Source of the DNA: Bigelowiella natans CCMP2755
Lineage: Eukaryota; Protista; Cercozoa
NCBI GenBank assembly: GCA_000320545.1
Contig: ADNK01001585.1
Span: forward strand, 1 to 53,959
Length of the DNA stretch: 53,959 nt
Direction of reading: 5' to 3'
This document shows positions 53,230 to 53,959 of this stretch, piece after piece (positions within the stretch are counted from its first letter, which is position 1; the number at the start of each line of letters is the position of its first letter). The translations under genes and the position numbers were made by a program. The notes below the pieces were generated by a model. It was not told where the DNA came from. It made no database searches and saw only the letters and a program-made list of their open reading frames with translations.

Positions 53230-53959
53230 GCATACACACACACACTCGCGTGCGCTCGATGGAATTACGTGGTAGCGAAGATATCCACAACGTCCTCGTG
53301 ATCCATGTCGACAACCCCTATGATGATAGTAGCAGCATTAGCAAATGCGTGTTTGAGCAGGACGACGATGCGATCAGCCAAAAGGGAAGAAGAAGACATG
53401 AGACAGTTTGCTGTTGGTTTAATCTTGCAACTTCGCTGCTACTGTCTGATTGGCTTGATTTGCTGCTTGTTGGTGATTACTCTCCCGTCATTACCTTCTT
53501 CATCATCATCATCATCATCATCATCACCATCGCCGTCATCACCTCACAACCGCCAACAACATCACCTTTTGATTCCACGAGGCCCGTGAGTCCAGGCGCT
53601 ATAATAACAGATAAAAAACCGATATATCATATTGTCAGAGAGCCACGGCTCATCAAGCATGCAGCTCTTATCAAATTAACGTCTCCACACGAAAGGGACA
53701 TAGAGCCGTGCGTCCATCATCATAATCATCAAAACCATCATCAATTCGTTACCATTGAATCATCATCATCGTCATCATCACCACCACCAAACAATCTTCA
53801 TCATCCCCATCACTCTCTCACCCTTTGCCCATTTGACACCGCCGGTGGACTTGTCCAGCTTGCTTATCAAACGCTCAACGTACCTACCAAGAAATCGAGT
53901 TGCTCAATTGGAATCAACAAGGCAGCATCACACCAGCAATGGGATAGGGAGAGGAAGGG
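52903..53959 (-). CDS. 3' part of a multi-exon hypothetical gene (5' end outside the window)
   Basis: Exons read VERLISKLDKSTGGVKWAKG, LLADRIVVLLKHAFANAATIIIGVVDMDHEDVVDIF and …RTLAVLKRELASTDD…KKQLRY*. Confidence 0.5.

Overview
Eukaryotic nuclear DNA, gene-dense and intron-rich. It is probably from an alga with a secondary plastid (a signal-plus-transit-type leader suggests a chlorarachniophyte, but the sequence cannot prove this). About 13 spliced genes can be traced by hand. The clearest are a PhyH-family dioxygenase, UMP-CMP kinase, an RGS-containing GRK-type kinase, a plastid-type glutathionyl-hydroquinone reductase, a long coiled-coil protein and a secreted glycoside-hydrolase-like protein. 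There are also a 7TM-like protein, a CaaX protein and several orphans. Exon boundaries were read by eye and gene ends are approximate. The most striking signal is non-coding: six intergenic islands (about 6.2-7.8, 19.8-20.1, 25.4-26.7, 31.1-31.65, 45.9-46.9 and 51.85-52.8 kb) are strongly depleted of TpA, and one kilobase has none. TpG/CpA are abundant there, CpG is retained, and surviving TpA sits mostly in CTAG, which is strongly enriched. Two islands contain non-autonomous transposons whose inverted repeats differ by TA versus TG/CA. This points to a targeted A:T->G:C hypermutation process acting at TpA in repeat or intergenic DNA, opposite in direction to fungal RIP.
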